A stretch of DNA of 64,000 bases from positions 107,198,001-107,262,000 of the forward strand of contig CM059428.1 in assembly GCA_030390025.1 (NCBI GenBank), given 5' to 3'. Source of the stretch: Squalus acanthias. Lineage: Eukaryota. Both the position numbers and the translations under genes were made by a program. Under the pieces are notes generated by a model. It searched no databases and was not told the DNA's origin. It saw nothing but the letters and a program-made list of their open reading frames with translations. Shown in pieces: positions 37,322-50,890 of this stretch (within the stretch, counting starts at the first letter, position 1; every line of letters starts with the position of its first letter).

Positions 37322-38097
37322 AGTACAGAATTTGCGGTCAGTGGCGTAGCAGAGGGGTTCACCGCTGGCCCCAAAGTAAGCTTTGCACAAAGATCGCGCA
37401 ATCTCTGTGTTGAGAAATTTGGGTTTTACGATGCTTTACTCAAATCAACGTAATATAGTGGGAATCCCATAGTGTAAGCTGCTATGACGTTAAAAAGCTG
37501 ATTAAGCAGCCAATCAAAAGCATAATTCTCACTGACAGTGAACCATGAAGGATAAGCTCTTAGAATTCTAAATTTTTAAAAATGTTATAGAGAGCAAAAC
37601 AAAGATTGGAGCTCTCACATGGGGAAAAGGCAAACCTGAAATAAAGATGAACAAACTTCAAAAAATTTTTTTAATGTTTTAACAGTTTCTTTAAAAAAAA
37701 TGTTGTAATTAAAAATGGATAAATTTGACACTGCACAAAATTAAAATTAGTTTTTCAGGGCCATAACCTTTGTTTAACTATCAATACGCTGTTAAAACCC
37801 AGTTACATCTAATCCGTTTGGGTCTAACTTTTAGTGGGGAATTTAACAGCGTAATTACTGCAGAAGCGCCTAAATTTTTGTCAGTTTCCCTGATTTGAGA
37901 GGTTTCACCGATTGCCGGCTCTGTGGGGGTGGGGGCACAGCGCAGCCTGTGGAGGAACAGTGAATGACAGACCGCAACTTCAGGATTTCCACATTAGGCT
38001 GCACATGCGCTAAATCCTGAAGTTGCGGTCAGTTTCAAAGGCGAAATGACAGCGAACGCTGCCAGTTCGCCGTCAACAGGACCACAAATTCTGGGCC
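37322..38097. mobile_element. Non-autonomous DNA transposon
   Basis: Imperfect TIRs CAGAATTTGCGGT / ACCACAAATTCTG; interior resembles 25800-26432 in the opposite orientation. Confidence 0.6.
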
Positions 38098-38437
38098 ATT
38101 ATCTTTAAAATCAACATTTTCTGGATTCTACCCACCCCCACAAAAAATCAATTCCAATTCCTTTCAAAGTTACATGTAGTTGTTTACAGCCTATATTTTT
38201 ACAATATCAATACTTTGCATTTTACAGGAAGGGTATTTACAGAAGGGGAGTGCTGTGAAGTTCATTCTATAATCACATCTACAAATAGGGTATTGTCATC
38301 TAAACAGGATTTTCCAGCCTGACAATATGCAGAACTTCTTCAAAATATAAATTTCTAGTGGTTCATTTATTTTAAATGTGTCCTGTGTAAGGACTTTGAA
38401 TTTGGCGCAGTGTTTTTTTGGAAACCATCAAATTTAC

Positions 38438-38637
38438 CTGTGGGAGAGTCTCAGTACAAAGAGTTCGAGGAAGGCAGATTCGATGAGGAAAGTCTGATCT
38501 TCCTTAGGGAGATCACTAAATCCTGGTATTTTTTCGGCCCAGCTCTGAGTGATCTCCATAGAGGTGGCAAGGAGGCCATAGAATTGATGCACATACTCAG
38601 CATCAGTTCCAGCTGTGGGCTGTTCAGTAGCACAGAA
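38438..38637 (-). CDS. NR4A3: NR4A3 coding exon 4: N-terminal part of the ligand-binding domain
   Basis: Translated by hand (absent from the ORF track in this frame): [67 protein letters not shown]; ccctgcag| acceptor, AG|gtaaat donor; 200 nt. Confidence 0.96.
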
Positions 38638-40283
38638 CTGCAGGGAAAAACAGCAACATGTCAGTGAAGGTCACTTACACAAATTTCATTTCTCAAATAC
38701 ACAATAGCAGGGGGAAATAAAGAAGTTCAGATGGCTTCTGAAAGGAGCTGTTATTGACTCTAAAAAGATTTGTGCTAAAAATGTTGTATCTTGTTAATGA
38801 AAGAAATTACTTGGGTCTTTCCTATATTGATCCTCAAAGAGATTGTTTTCAATTTCATTAGGTTTCAATTTTAGGGCACATCTTAAAAGTTAGTTATGTT
38901 TAGCAGGTCGCAAACTTCACAACTGACATCAAGCCAAAATGTACTTTCTGGAAAAAGCTTTCAATTGCTAGTAATATTCAGCAATCTTCCTCATTCTAAA
39001 TACAATCTCCAGGCATAATTGAGAATCTTATATTTCTCCAATATACATAGATATAAATACTTGGAAAAGGTTTATCTACATTGCTCAACAGGCATTTTAA
39101 ATCACAAACTAATTGAAACATGATCAATAGCATCTTAGGCATTCCTCTGAACTGCACACATTTAAAAGATGATATTAATATTATTTAAACAATTGCAAAT
39201 AATTCAATAGCTATTGCTTTGAACAAAAATTCTTCATGTGTGTGTTATCGAAATGAGTAAGTTGCATTCAATTATACCATTCTGCAAACTTTTCTTTCAT
39301 ATGCCATCTTCAGTTTTGACCAAAGACTGTTATGAAGAATGAATAGTAATGAAACAATAGTAAAGTAATGATGGTTTCTACAGAAATGTTTGCAGTGAGG
39401 TCAATGTTGTATATCATCAAGCCAAGTAAGAAGTGCATTGAACTGATTTTGAGTTTGCATTTTGGAATCCAAGAAATTTCCAATGTTCAAAAAATGGCTA
39501 AAACCTGGTTTGCTGCTGTACTAATGGCAAGTTGCATTGTTGGCCTAAAAATGAAATAAGTCGGTTGTAAATTTAATTACTGGAACATTTTCCTTACTAC
39601 ACAGGTAAGATAACAATTTCCTTAAAATATTATAACGGACAAATCACTTTGGCATCAGTTTTTTTAAAAAATACATAATAATATAACAATGGGCAGCTAA
39701 GCAAATAGCTTGTTTCTTGTAAAAAAAAGAAACAGCGTTAAGAAACTTTGAAAACGTCAAATGAGAAAAATGTCATGACTTCCCACTAGGAAATCTTGGG
39801 ATAACTGTTTAGGTTTGTTGCTCCTTTGGATATATTATGGAACTGCTACTTTCTAATTAAAAGGTAGAATACACAATGTTATCAGGTACCATAATGTTTG
39901 CCAATTGGCCCCTAAACATTTTGATTAGTTATTTGTAAATAACACATATACCTTCAATTGGCTGTTTTTGATTCAATGCTGTGTAACACAGTACAGTACT
40001 CTAGATCAAAAAAAGTGATTTTTTTTTTCAGATTTTGTCCAGAAAGATTATAGAAAAATAACATGTGAAGAATATGTCCTGAAACCATCAATAATTTAAA
40101 GTGTGATGGAATGTTCCTCAGCCTAGTGTTTAATATCACAAAATAAAACAACCACTTAAGTAGGTGTGATCTAATAATCAGCTCAGAGCATACATCGTTT
40201 CATGGTAGCAGCTATTGTTGTTGCTGGTGTTTAGATGCTACCTACTTCCCTCACTGTGTTTACACCTATGTGGACTCGCTTAC

Positions 40284-40444
40284 CTGGGAGTAATTGTGGC
40301 TGCTGGGAGTGGAGTCTACGAGTGCCCGCACAAGAGCGTTCATCAAACTGATTGGGGGCGAGGGTGGGGATGGCTCCTGGAGAGGGCTCTTTGGTTTGGA
40401 GGGCAGACGACCCCTTCTCCCTTTTAAACTATCTGTACGGACCA
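40284..40444 (-). CDS. NR4A3: NR4A3 coding exon 3: C-terminal extension (T/A box) and hinge
   Basis: [54 protein letters not shown]; (ct)n-ccag| acceptor, CAG|gtaagc donor; 161 nt keeps the frame. Confidence 0.96.
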
Positions 40445-40972
40445 CTGGAGAGAGAGAGAGAAAGTAAAAAAAAAATCCATATACAATCACAGACCCTAGA
40501 GAAAGTGAACCAACGGAGTTAGGATAACATAAAATGAATGCCTTCAAACTTCTTGGCTACTGTATAGTTTTCAATCAATTTACAGATTGCTTGGAACGTG
40601 TGTCAAAATGGTGTTTGTAACACTGCATTGTAAAATTTAAAAAAAACTTTCCAGATCTAGGGATTTAAAATTTCAGAAAACGTTAAAGCTACATCTCGAT
40701 TGGTATTATACTATCAGAATGTATTGTGGCTTTGATTTGTGTTGTTTGGGTTTCCTGTTCGGTTCATCCAGAAGAGTCTATTACCAGGTATTTACAGCAT
40801 GCTTTTGAAGATTGTGAAAAAAAACTATAAACAGGAAATGCACAAAGCCGACCGAATTTGGAGGGTCTGGTTAGTTAAAGTGGTTAGATTGGCATTACAC
40901 TGCTTTCTCCAAGCAAATCGCCGCCAGTTACACAATAAATTGTCAACTGTTAAAACCTGGGTGCAAACTTTA

Positions 40973-41254
<282 letters not shown>

Positions 41255-43080
41255 CTAATTACAATATGAAATGCGCCAACGCCACTCGGATAATTAGATA
41301 AAATTAATTTCCTAACACGTTAGCCTGCAGGAAAAACAATTTTACTGGTGTTAGCTCCTGACAAAGAGAATCAGCCAGATTCGTGCCGGAGAAACTCTCA
41401 AGGGACAGGCAGCTTTAAATGATAGAATTATTTCTGAAATTACCGGGTCATCACATTATACCGTTGGGTATAATATCCCTCCCTCTTAATATACCTTCGG
41501 GGATCATTTTCCACTTGGCTTATTCCCGTGGTGATTACTGACCTTATTAAAAGACATTTGAAATGATTTGGGGTAGCGTTTCTTTAGCCAACACTGCTTT
41601 AAAAAATAAAAACCCTAGCTTGGATTTCGCTAATCAAGACTGATCAGTACAATTTAAATCACATTCGGAGTTAGAGTTTAATTAAATACTATACATCTTG
41701 ATAAAGAGAAATAGCTAGACTATTGCTAACGGGTTAAGTTAACGGTATAGAAGTGAAACGTGCTTCCTGGCAGAGAGCGGATCATGGTTCACTCTTCACA
41801 AACGGGAATAGGGAACCCCCCTCGCATGCTCGCTTACACGGGATCCCCAATCAGACTGGAAAAGTTTGTTAAATCATTACGTTTACAACGCAATAAAAAA
41901 TAGACTATTATTATAATTATAGATTGCCCGCCTTTAGAAAACGCCCTTCAAATGGTGGAGTTAAAATGACTCATTAAGCGAATTAATTACTAGTAACAAT
42001 GAAAGGTTTTCTAGTATTTTGCAATCTCTCAGTGTCAGAGGAAAGGTAGAACACCTACTCCTCACCTGAGCATCTTTGCTAACCAGACTCGCCTCCTGCA
42101 CCAAATATGACAGATTATTCCAGCCAATCTGATTGCCAAAAGTGAATTGTCTTATTCTGAAATTACACCACACCTGCTCCGTGCATCTCACATTGTGTTA
42201 GACAGAACTTATTTTTATTTCTAAATTCTGGCTGCAGTAACTGCAGTTATCAAGAATCAGATATTATTTCAGAATGCTATTCAATGTGAGGCTGTATCGC
42301 ATGCTTGGAGGTACAGCAGGAGACATGAGTTTCTACAATAAAACGCAGGAGCTCTTTACAAGAGGTTGTTAGTACTTGTTTTTTTTCTAGTATTTTCATT
42401 TCAATCCCAATTAGATTGGTGTTTTTAAAATAAACTTCTTGGTAATTCCGTTTGTGATAACAAGGTGTTCTTTCCGGATCCTAAAATACTGAAACTTTCT
42501 CGGTTCCAGTTCTGCCTCAATCACTTTAATACAATTCATAAAGTATTTCCGGTGAAAATGTTTCCCTTTGTACTGATAGTTAGAAATGATGGCTAATAAA
42601 CGATTGCACAGTGTATAACTGCCGTCCCGATGAGAACAGGGAAGTGGCTTGTTTCAAAGCCTGTCCCCTAATCTGCTCGCTGAAGTGTGTTTATTAAAGG
42701 ATTTCTTGCTTTTTCAAGCATTTCATTTCGACATCTGCATTCTTAACGTGTTGCTGGTTTAGGATTGGGGTTGTTGCTGGTTGTACTAAGATCGGATTGC
42801 TCTTTCCTAACGCATTCCTTCTAAAAACTTCCCACACCAGATATGTCCCCATGCAATCCAGTTTACTTTAATTGCTGACCAAGTTAAATAAATAACGAGT
42901 TCAACTTATTTAAAATTAAGCGCATTCAGAAAGTTATCTTGTAGATTGTAGTAATAATGCATTATTTATTTGAATACTTTGCACACAAGATGTTTTTGAT
43001 CTGTGTTGTTTACCTCTGCGAATACCCACACAACATGCATATTGTAGGGATATCTTAGATAGAATGAAGGTGCACCGTAC

Positions 43081-43926
43081 CTTAAAAAAACCTTTGCACC
43101 CCTCGCAGGTCCTCACCCCATAGTGCTGACAGGCTGCATTGTCCCCGCACACAGCACACATGCCCTCCGCAGAGGAGGAGCCCCGGTTCGGGGGAGACGG
43201 CAGGCTCTGGGTGCTCTGACTGAGAGGCATTGGGTGGAAACTCATGCTCGACCCCTTGACCAAATGCAGCGGGTACTGACGCGTGTCCATCACAGACTGT
43301 GCAGAAGCACTCTCGGCTCCCATGGGCATGTTCAAGGTGGGCTCATAACACATGTGGCTGCTGGAGGCTGGAGTGTGTGGCGGGGACTGCTTGAAGGCAA
43401 ACAGCGGAAATCTCGGCGGGGCGCTCTTCATAGAGGCATCCAAGATATGACCTGTGGCCATGCAAGTCTGGGTCACTGGAGGCAACGTGTGAGGCTCATC
43501 CCACATGGATGTCTGTGGAGTTGTGAACTGAGGCGTGGTGGGGGTTGATGGAGGAGACTGCTTGAAGTAAATGGAGGTCGATGGCATGATGTCCTCTGTT
43601 TGATGCTGGATCGATGGCTGGTAGCTGTGATGGGGGGCATCTTCCAGTTTAATAAGGGGTCTCTGTGAGGAAGAAGAGTGCATTTGATACACGCACGATG
43701 GTTTGAACTCATAGCTACCCGAGTAGCCAGTCTCCATGAAGGTGCTGAAACTGGGCAGGGAGGTGGTGGCTGTAATTTCGGTGCTGCCCAGGTCCATGCC
43801 AAACTTCATATAGGGGGATTCAGTATGCACCAAGTCCGAGCTGTAATCCCCACCATAAGCGTAACTCTGAGCTGCAAAACTGGCACCTTGTGGCGAAGAG
43901 CTGTATTGGGCTTGCACACAGGGCAT
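43081..43926 (-). CDS. NR4A3: NR4A3 (NOR-1) coding exon 1: AF-1 region and first zinc finger
   Basis: MPCVQAQY start typical of NR4A; [26 protein letters not shown] zinc finger; acceptor ttcttag|AC ATG (exon begins 43928); donor AAG|gtacgg; 846 nt, phase 0. Confidence 0.97.
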
Positions 43927-45489
43927 GTCTAAGAAGAAACAAAAATATTCAAATTACTAAAGGGAGCAGCACTGAGAAATACACTGATTTGCTATTTCCT
44001 CACAGCGCGGCATGTACTCAAACTACTGAGGAAAGAACCCGTTATTACATAAGAGAACTCACTAACTGCAATTGCTCAGGGTTTACAGTTCTAGCTATAA
44101 TGCCGTCTTTTTGTTTCCTGCTTCATTACCATCCTATAAAAAGAATTGAATTTCACTGGCACATTTTACCTTTATGGCAACACCGTCTATGAAAGTGGTA
44201 TTTAAAAGAGATTAGGATTCCTCTATATTAGAATCTGCACCAATGACTTAAAAGTCCACAGTGCAGATTGGAGATTCATACCTCTATCCACAGCGACCAA
44301 TGTATGTCACTGTGTGATAGTGCATACTTACCAGTATATCCACGGACAATTGTATTTGTGGCCCTGCTATATGCACTTGTAGTACTCTGGTATATAACGT
44401 TGTGTGTGTGCTTCCTGTATATTATTGTGTATCTGCTTGTATCAACGGAGTGATAGACGGTGACCATTGGGTATGTTTCGTTCCAAGAAAATCAGCGACA
44501 AAAACAATGTCTGCCTGGGGTTGGGAGGTGGGGTCGTACTGGCCACTGTGTACGGTATAAGTAAGATTCTATTTAAATATTACATTATTTTCTGCATAAC
44601 AACTATTAAGCACCAGATTACTGAATGATATCTCCGTTTGGTGACAAGCTGTAGCCTGCTGAGCCGGTCTCCGGGAGCGGTGCGAAGATTTGAAATCAGA
44701 TAGAGAAGCGGATTCTGCCTCCTATCAATAATACTTATCGTACGCGGTGTGACTAAGCAGAGATATTTGTTACAAACAACAGAAGACAACATTTCCCCTG
44801 CGAAACACAGGATGCGTGCTTTGAAATGAATTTGGCCAGCAACATCTGAAAACGATTACAATTTCGAAGCCTTCAATTAGCTCAGGTAGCTGCAGCCACA
44901 CGCGCTGCCCATATTACACCAGGAAGTATCAGCACTGCATTCAGTGTGTCATAGATCAATAGTTTGTTCGAAACGATCAAGGCAGGTGTGAGAAAGGAGC
45001 CAGTTAGATGAAAGATAGAATCCAAGGAGTATGTAAAAAAATTTGCAATAGAAAATAATTTATTAGGACTAAGCAATTAATGAGATCAAGTTCTAGTCTT
45101 CAACAATAAAAAAGCAAAGTGTATCCAGCAACCATCGGTACTGACTGGGAATGGATAGATTATATTTTAAATATTATAGTATTACATCGAGTCAGCACAA
45201 CACATAACACAAATTCATTGAGAAAGAGGGGGTAGGTTTGATAACATATCAGTAAATTGATTCAAGGAGAGAACCCAAGCATTGTCTGTTATGTGCATTT
45301 TTCCTGTATGTTTATGTGGCTTTATATGCACACTTGTCTATACTCAAGTCTGTCCATATATACACCCCTGCATGTAAGCAGATTTCATTTATGTGTAGAG
45401 CCTTGTGAACATCTAGGTTTTTATTTATATAGGTTTTTATTTGTATAGTCATCTATATATATATATATATTTAGAGAGAGAGAGTTTTC

Positions 45490-46857
45490 TGTATATATAG
45501 ACCCCTCTTTATATGCAGGGTTTTGTATGTATAGACACTGGCATATATATGTAGGTTTCTTTTTCTATAGAGCCCTGTATTAATGTAGGTTTGTGTGTAT
45601 ACAGACCCCTGGATATAGACAGGTTTCTATATGTGCAGACCCCTGGATCTAGGCAGGTTTCTATATGTACAGACTCCGGGATATAGACAGGTTTATATAT
45701 GTACAGACCCCTGGATATGTGTAGGTTTCTATATGTACAGACTCCTGGATATATGTAGGTTTCTATATGTACAGACCCCTGGATATATGTAGGTTTCTAT
45801 ATGTACAGACCCCTGGATATATGTAGGTTTCTATATGTACAGACCCCTGGATATAGACAGGTTTCTATATGTACAGACCCCTGGATATATGTAGGTTTCT
45901 ATATGTACAGACCCCTGGATATATGTAGGTTTCTATATGTACAGACCCCTGGATATAGACAGGTTTCTATATGTACAGACCCCTCGATATAGGCAGGTTT
46001 CTATATGTACAGATCCCTCGATATAGGCAGGTTTCTATATGTACAGACCCCTTGATATAGGCAGGTTTCTATATGTACAGACCCCTGGATATAGACAGGT
46101 TTCTATATGTACAGACCCCTGGATATAGGCAGGTTTCTATATGTACAGACCCCTGGATATAGACAGGTTTCTATATGTACAGATCCCTCGATATAGGCAG
46201 GTTTCTATATGTACAGACCCCTGGATATAGACAGGTTTCTATATGTACAGATCCCTCGATATGGGCAGGTTTCTATATATACAGACCCCTCGATATAGGC
46301 AGGTTTCTATATGTACAGACCCCTGGATATAGACAGGTTTCTATATGTACAGACCCCTGGATATAGGCAGGTTTCTATATGTACAGACCCCTGGATATAG
46401 ACAGGTTTCTATATGTACAGACCCCTGGATATAGACAGGTTTCTATATGTACAGACCCCTGGATATAGACAGGTTTCTATATGTACAGACCCCTGGATAT
46501 AGACAGGTTTCTATATGTACAGACCCCTGGATATAGACAGGTTTCTATATGTACAGACCCCTTGATATAGGCAGGTTTCTATATGTACACACCCCTGGAT
46601 ATAGACAGGTTTCTATATGTACACACCGCTCGATATAGGCAGGTTTCTATATGTACAGACCCCTGGATATAGGCAGGTTTCTATATGTACACACCCCTGG
46701 ATATAGGCAGGTTTCTATATGTACAGACCCCTGGATATAGGCAGGTTTCTATATGTACACACCCCTGGATATAGGCAGGTTTCTATGTGTACAGACCCCT
46801 GGATATATGTAGGTTTCTATGTGTACAGACCCCTCGATATAGACAGGTTTCAGTATG
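45490..46857. repeat. 34-bp minisatellite (ACAGACCCCTGGATATAGACAGGTTTCTATATGT) in an NR4A3 5' intron
   Basis: About 37 well-formed units from 45601 plus degenerate units to the left; several variant classes. Confidence 0.97.
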
Positions 46858-47271
46858 TATAGCCAACACTTCTACTAATTCTCTAGATTAAGGATGGAGA
46901 ATCCAAAGATTTGCCACCTATTCCCGTGATCTGCACCCGAGGTAACCGCATATCCAAATTATCCTCAGACAGCAAAAGTACAAATAGAGAATTGAAGTGA
47001 AAATAAGGGAAACGAACAGAATGGATCGATAAAAGAATGAAAAGACCCGAAAAATAACGAAAGGACAAGAGAAGGAAAAAGAAAAATAACTTTACCCGCC
47101 AACACCTGCCCAGCGACATTGAAGCATCATCGCCACCCTCCCCCCACAACACAAGGCACACAGAGAATCTCCTCATTTTGCAACGAACCTTCACGGGTTT
47201 GATACACTTGCGGGTGTATTCTGTTGTTTACATACAACCATGTAGCCTCCAGTGTGTGCGGCAGTGTGTAC

Positions 47272-47439
47272 CTGTGTGCGCTGAGGGAGGGAGATATTTA
47301 GCTCGCTGAATGTTGGCTCGTTGGGCTGCCAGAGGCTCGGCCGCTGTGGATGTGTCGTCTCCGGGCTGGCCGCTCTCGGCTGTTCGCTGTACTGACTCGG
47401 AGCTCCGGCTCGGCGGGGAAAGCTCTTCCGAACCAAGAT
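47272..47439 (-). other. NR4A3: Probable NR4A3 non-coding 5'UTR exon 2
   Basis: Long polypyrimidine tract (tc)n-tgtag| acceptor; CAG|gtacac donor; GC-rich; 3' part CATTCAGCGAGCTAAATATCTCCCTCC resembles the human NR4A3 5'UTR as I recall it. Confidence 0.65.
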
Positions 47440-50400
47440 CTACAGAGAGAGAGAGAAAAAACAATAAACAACAGAGCCACAAATGAAGCGCTCAGCTTCC
47501 TTTTGTCCAGATCATTTAAAAAATGAAAATCAGACACCTTAGACATCAGATGATGGTAATAATTTATAATCCCTTACAAAAGATTGTACAATAGCAAAGG
47601 AACGACGAAAACACCGAGACATGACGTTGTTACGATCGTTGCTGACCACACAAATATAACTTTTTTTTAAAGTCTGTAATGAAAATTACTGCCTCATCAA
47701 ATTTACCTCAAATCGCACCGATTTAAGATACCAGTCCTGGTCAACAATGTGTAGATATCGGTTCAGTATCGCGTAAACTTAACTGACTGGAAACTCAACT
47801 CAAACTCGAGAGCTCTTGCACTCCTGGCTGATGTTCCAGACACTAAGATGAAGCGGTGCACCGCGGGGTGCTGTCCCTCAGCTCGGACCAAGCCACAGAG
47901 CGATGGGTTGGGAAAGTTAGCAAATGCTTGCTGTCTTCGCTCAGCCACTCCATAGATCTCTCGGATGTCAGAGTGGCTCCTTGTCGCTCTTGAGTCTGAC
48001 AGGTTACGTGCCAGCCTTACGTTCACTGCACACACTCTCCATGTGATGTCACGGTATGGAAACCATGACTTTCCCCGTGGCTGGAGATCACCTCGCATTC
48101 TACTAAATCACGGGATTAAAACACATTCACAAAAGGCCTGGGGCATTATTAAACGCGTATCATTTAATGTTTGCTACCAGTTTGCTCCATTCATGGCAAG
48201 GAATCGATCTCCATTAGCGGAGCTGCAGCGCCCCCTCTCAATTTATTTAATCCGACGTCCGCTCATCAAAACTTTCCAAAGTTACAATAAACCACCATAT
48301 ACTTTACAGTATGTGTAACAAGCTTATAACACAGCAACAATTCCACTTCACAAGCGTTTACACAACAGATCTTTACCGAAAATGTTTAGCCAAACAGTGC
48401 GGCCTTACAATCAACAACTCGACCAAAGCTAAGAGTTTAGTATCAGATGTGGTGAAAATCATGATAATCTCCCCCTTTATCGTGACAATTATATACCATG
48501 ATATGACCTATTCGTGATAAATCAACTGGAGATCGTGGTTGAACTAATTGTACTAAAGCCTTTTAATCCGGGCTCTCTTCCACCTCTTATGAAACATGCA
48601 GTTTTCTTGGAAAATGTAATTCTACAATATCACGGTTACCCGCACACTCAGATAATCAGAGAGCTTTACTCTGGGGCTGGGTCAGGTATGAAACCGCGCC
48701 AAGGCGTTTTAATACAAGTCCTGTCCCTGCCATCGGAAAGAGATTGTCACATCCACTTCTCACCCGCGCGGCTTTACTTAACAGAAACCCGCTGCGGGCC
48801 AATCCTGTCTGTCAGTCGGCAGAGGAGATGCCGAGTTCTGGGTTATACTGTCGTCGTCTTTTACTCTTTTATATCTTACACTAAAGGAAAACATTTTTTT
48901 CCGAATACCTTTCTCCTTAACTTCTAGAAATGATCTTAGTAGTTTGACCTGTGGTGTGTAATCCCGTTTTAATTAATTAAAGAAACCTCTTGCAAGGCTA
49001 TATTTAACAATCAGTTGCTCAGCTCCCTCGGTTGACTCCTTTGCACATTATTTTCCCTCAGGATGAATGCTCTAAATCAGCTGGTTACCTAGAGAACAGC
49101 CAATGTCTCTTTAAACATCCGCCTTATTACCAGCAGCCCCATCTCCCATACAGCAGCCGGCCATAACATTAAGTGCGGGGAAATCTACATTTGGTGTAAA
49201 TTATTAGAGAAAAACTACTCTTATCAATCGAGGTTTCTTTTAAAAAGGGAATTATAGACTCTACTGGAAGTCAGAAATCGTCGCCCATGGCAGTGTAGGG
49301 TAATTAAAGAGAATTATGAATGATTAAGTATGTGTTAAATATATGAAATGAAAACAAATAGAATCGGCATAATATGCACTTGGAGCATTGGGTTTTCATA
49401 GATAACGGCACATGTCTGTACCACCTACACAGTCAGGGTCATACCTAGTTACGGAAAACATTGCCCAGGCCATTATTAAAGATTCCAAATGCCTCACTAC
49501 CAACAGATTCAATACTGTGAATAACATTTTTGTAATTTCAATAACATTTCGCAGGAACGTGCCAAAATCACCACAAGTGGTGTGGAGTTATATAGACTTG
49601 GTAATAAGAGGTTTTGAAAACAGACATTCCAGTTGATATCGTCCTTGGAATACTACTTGTGACCCTGATTAGAAACTTTCCCAAATTCACAAACTCGCCC
49701 GTGTCAAGCCAGCGCTCGGCACCGCTTCAGGAGAATGAAGTTTATATTCTGCTGGCAATCTGGGGCTTGGACTGTTGACTCGCCCGCATGTAGCCTTATT
49801 TACATTTACACTTTCGTCAATAAGAATATATTTCAAAGCGATTCTATTGAAAATTCCAATTTAAATACCCCATGTATACACATATACACACGTACATATA
49901 AAGAACGTGCTGCGCTTACTGCTTCCGAATATTTATTACTGAACAAAAAGTAAAAGTTAAACAGACCCGCTTCTGAAAGTGAAACTATTAGTAAAAAAAA
50001 TGCAAAAACATTTGATGCCAAGACTAGGTCCAGTACCTTAGATGATCACACGTGTTGGGTCAACAGAGTCCACAATTAGACGTGGTTATTTCTTAACTGA
50101 AACTCCGAATATCGATAGCCGTATCCCGAACCGACGTGCAGAATGATAATCAACCCTAATTCTATTCCAAAGAGCTACATTTCAACTTTATAAACAAACC
50201 CTCTTCAGAATGAGATCGCAGTGGAGTCAAATAGACACTAAATAACTGTACACTTTCACTGGAACACAGCTAATTATACACACAGACAAGTGCAAGACAA
50301 ATCGCATCTATTCATCACATCATAGCAAACACCCAGCCTGCAGCATTACATTACCATGACAACTACCAGAAATACCTTAATACCCGCTGATCTCCGATTG

Positions 50401-50598
50401 TCACACAACCCAAAGCGGCTGATTAACCCATAAATTCTCAAGACACAAGGGACAGGCATCAAAGCACAAGTTCCGAAGTATGTTCCAATCAGCGTTAACA
50501 AAAAAAATCGCTAAAGCTCATTGAATTGTAGTCACTTGTTCTATAGCATACCCATTGTAACTTTTATGGTGTCTAGTGAGTAACTGATTGATACGTAC

Positions 50599-50890
50599 TT
50601 GATTGCTGTGACGGTTCCGTCTTTACATATAATCAAATAGCCTTCCAAGTTGCGTGTAGGCGTCCAGTCCTAATCATGGATATTACACAGAGAAACTTGT
50701 CTTTAAAATATCACTCCCAGTAAATGATTTAGTTGTAGTGCAGATCCGGATCCTTCTTCTTTACGCGAGTTGATCAAAAGAGAAAAGTGTGTGAAACTCT
50801 TTTCTTTGCCCCTTTTCTTTCCTGAAGTCTCTCCTCCGATTGCAATGTGCCTTTGTTTATGTGCAGACAGATAACAGTACAATTCCTCAC
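50599..50890 (-). other. NR4A3: Probable NR4A3 non-coding exon 1 (5' end uncertain)
   Basis: Ends AAAGACGGAACCGTCACAGCAATCAA|gtacgt (donor); lies directly downstream of the CRE cluster and a CATAAATGACG core; similarity to the human 5'UTR is recalled, not computed. Confidence 0.6.

Noticed and set aside
42934-43080. C-terminal part of the 330-aa ORF
   Set aside because: Intronic read-through past the AAG|gt donor; the zinc finger continues in exon 41182-41053
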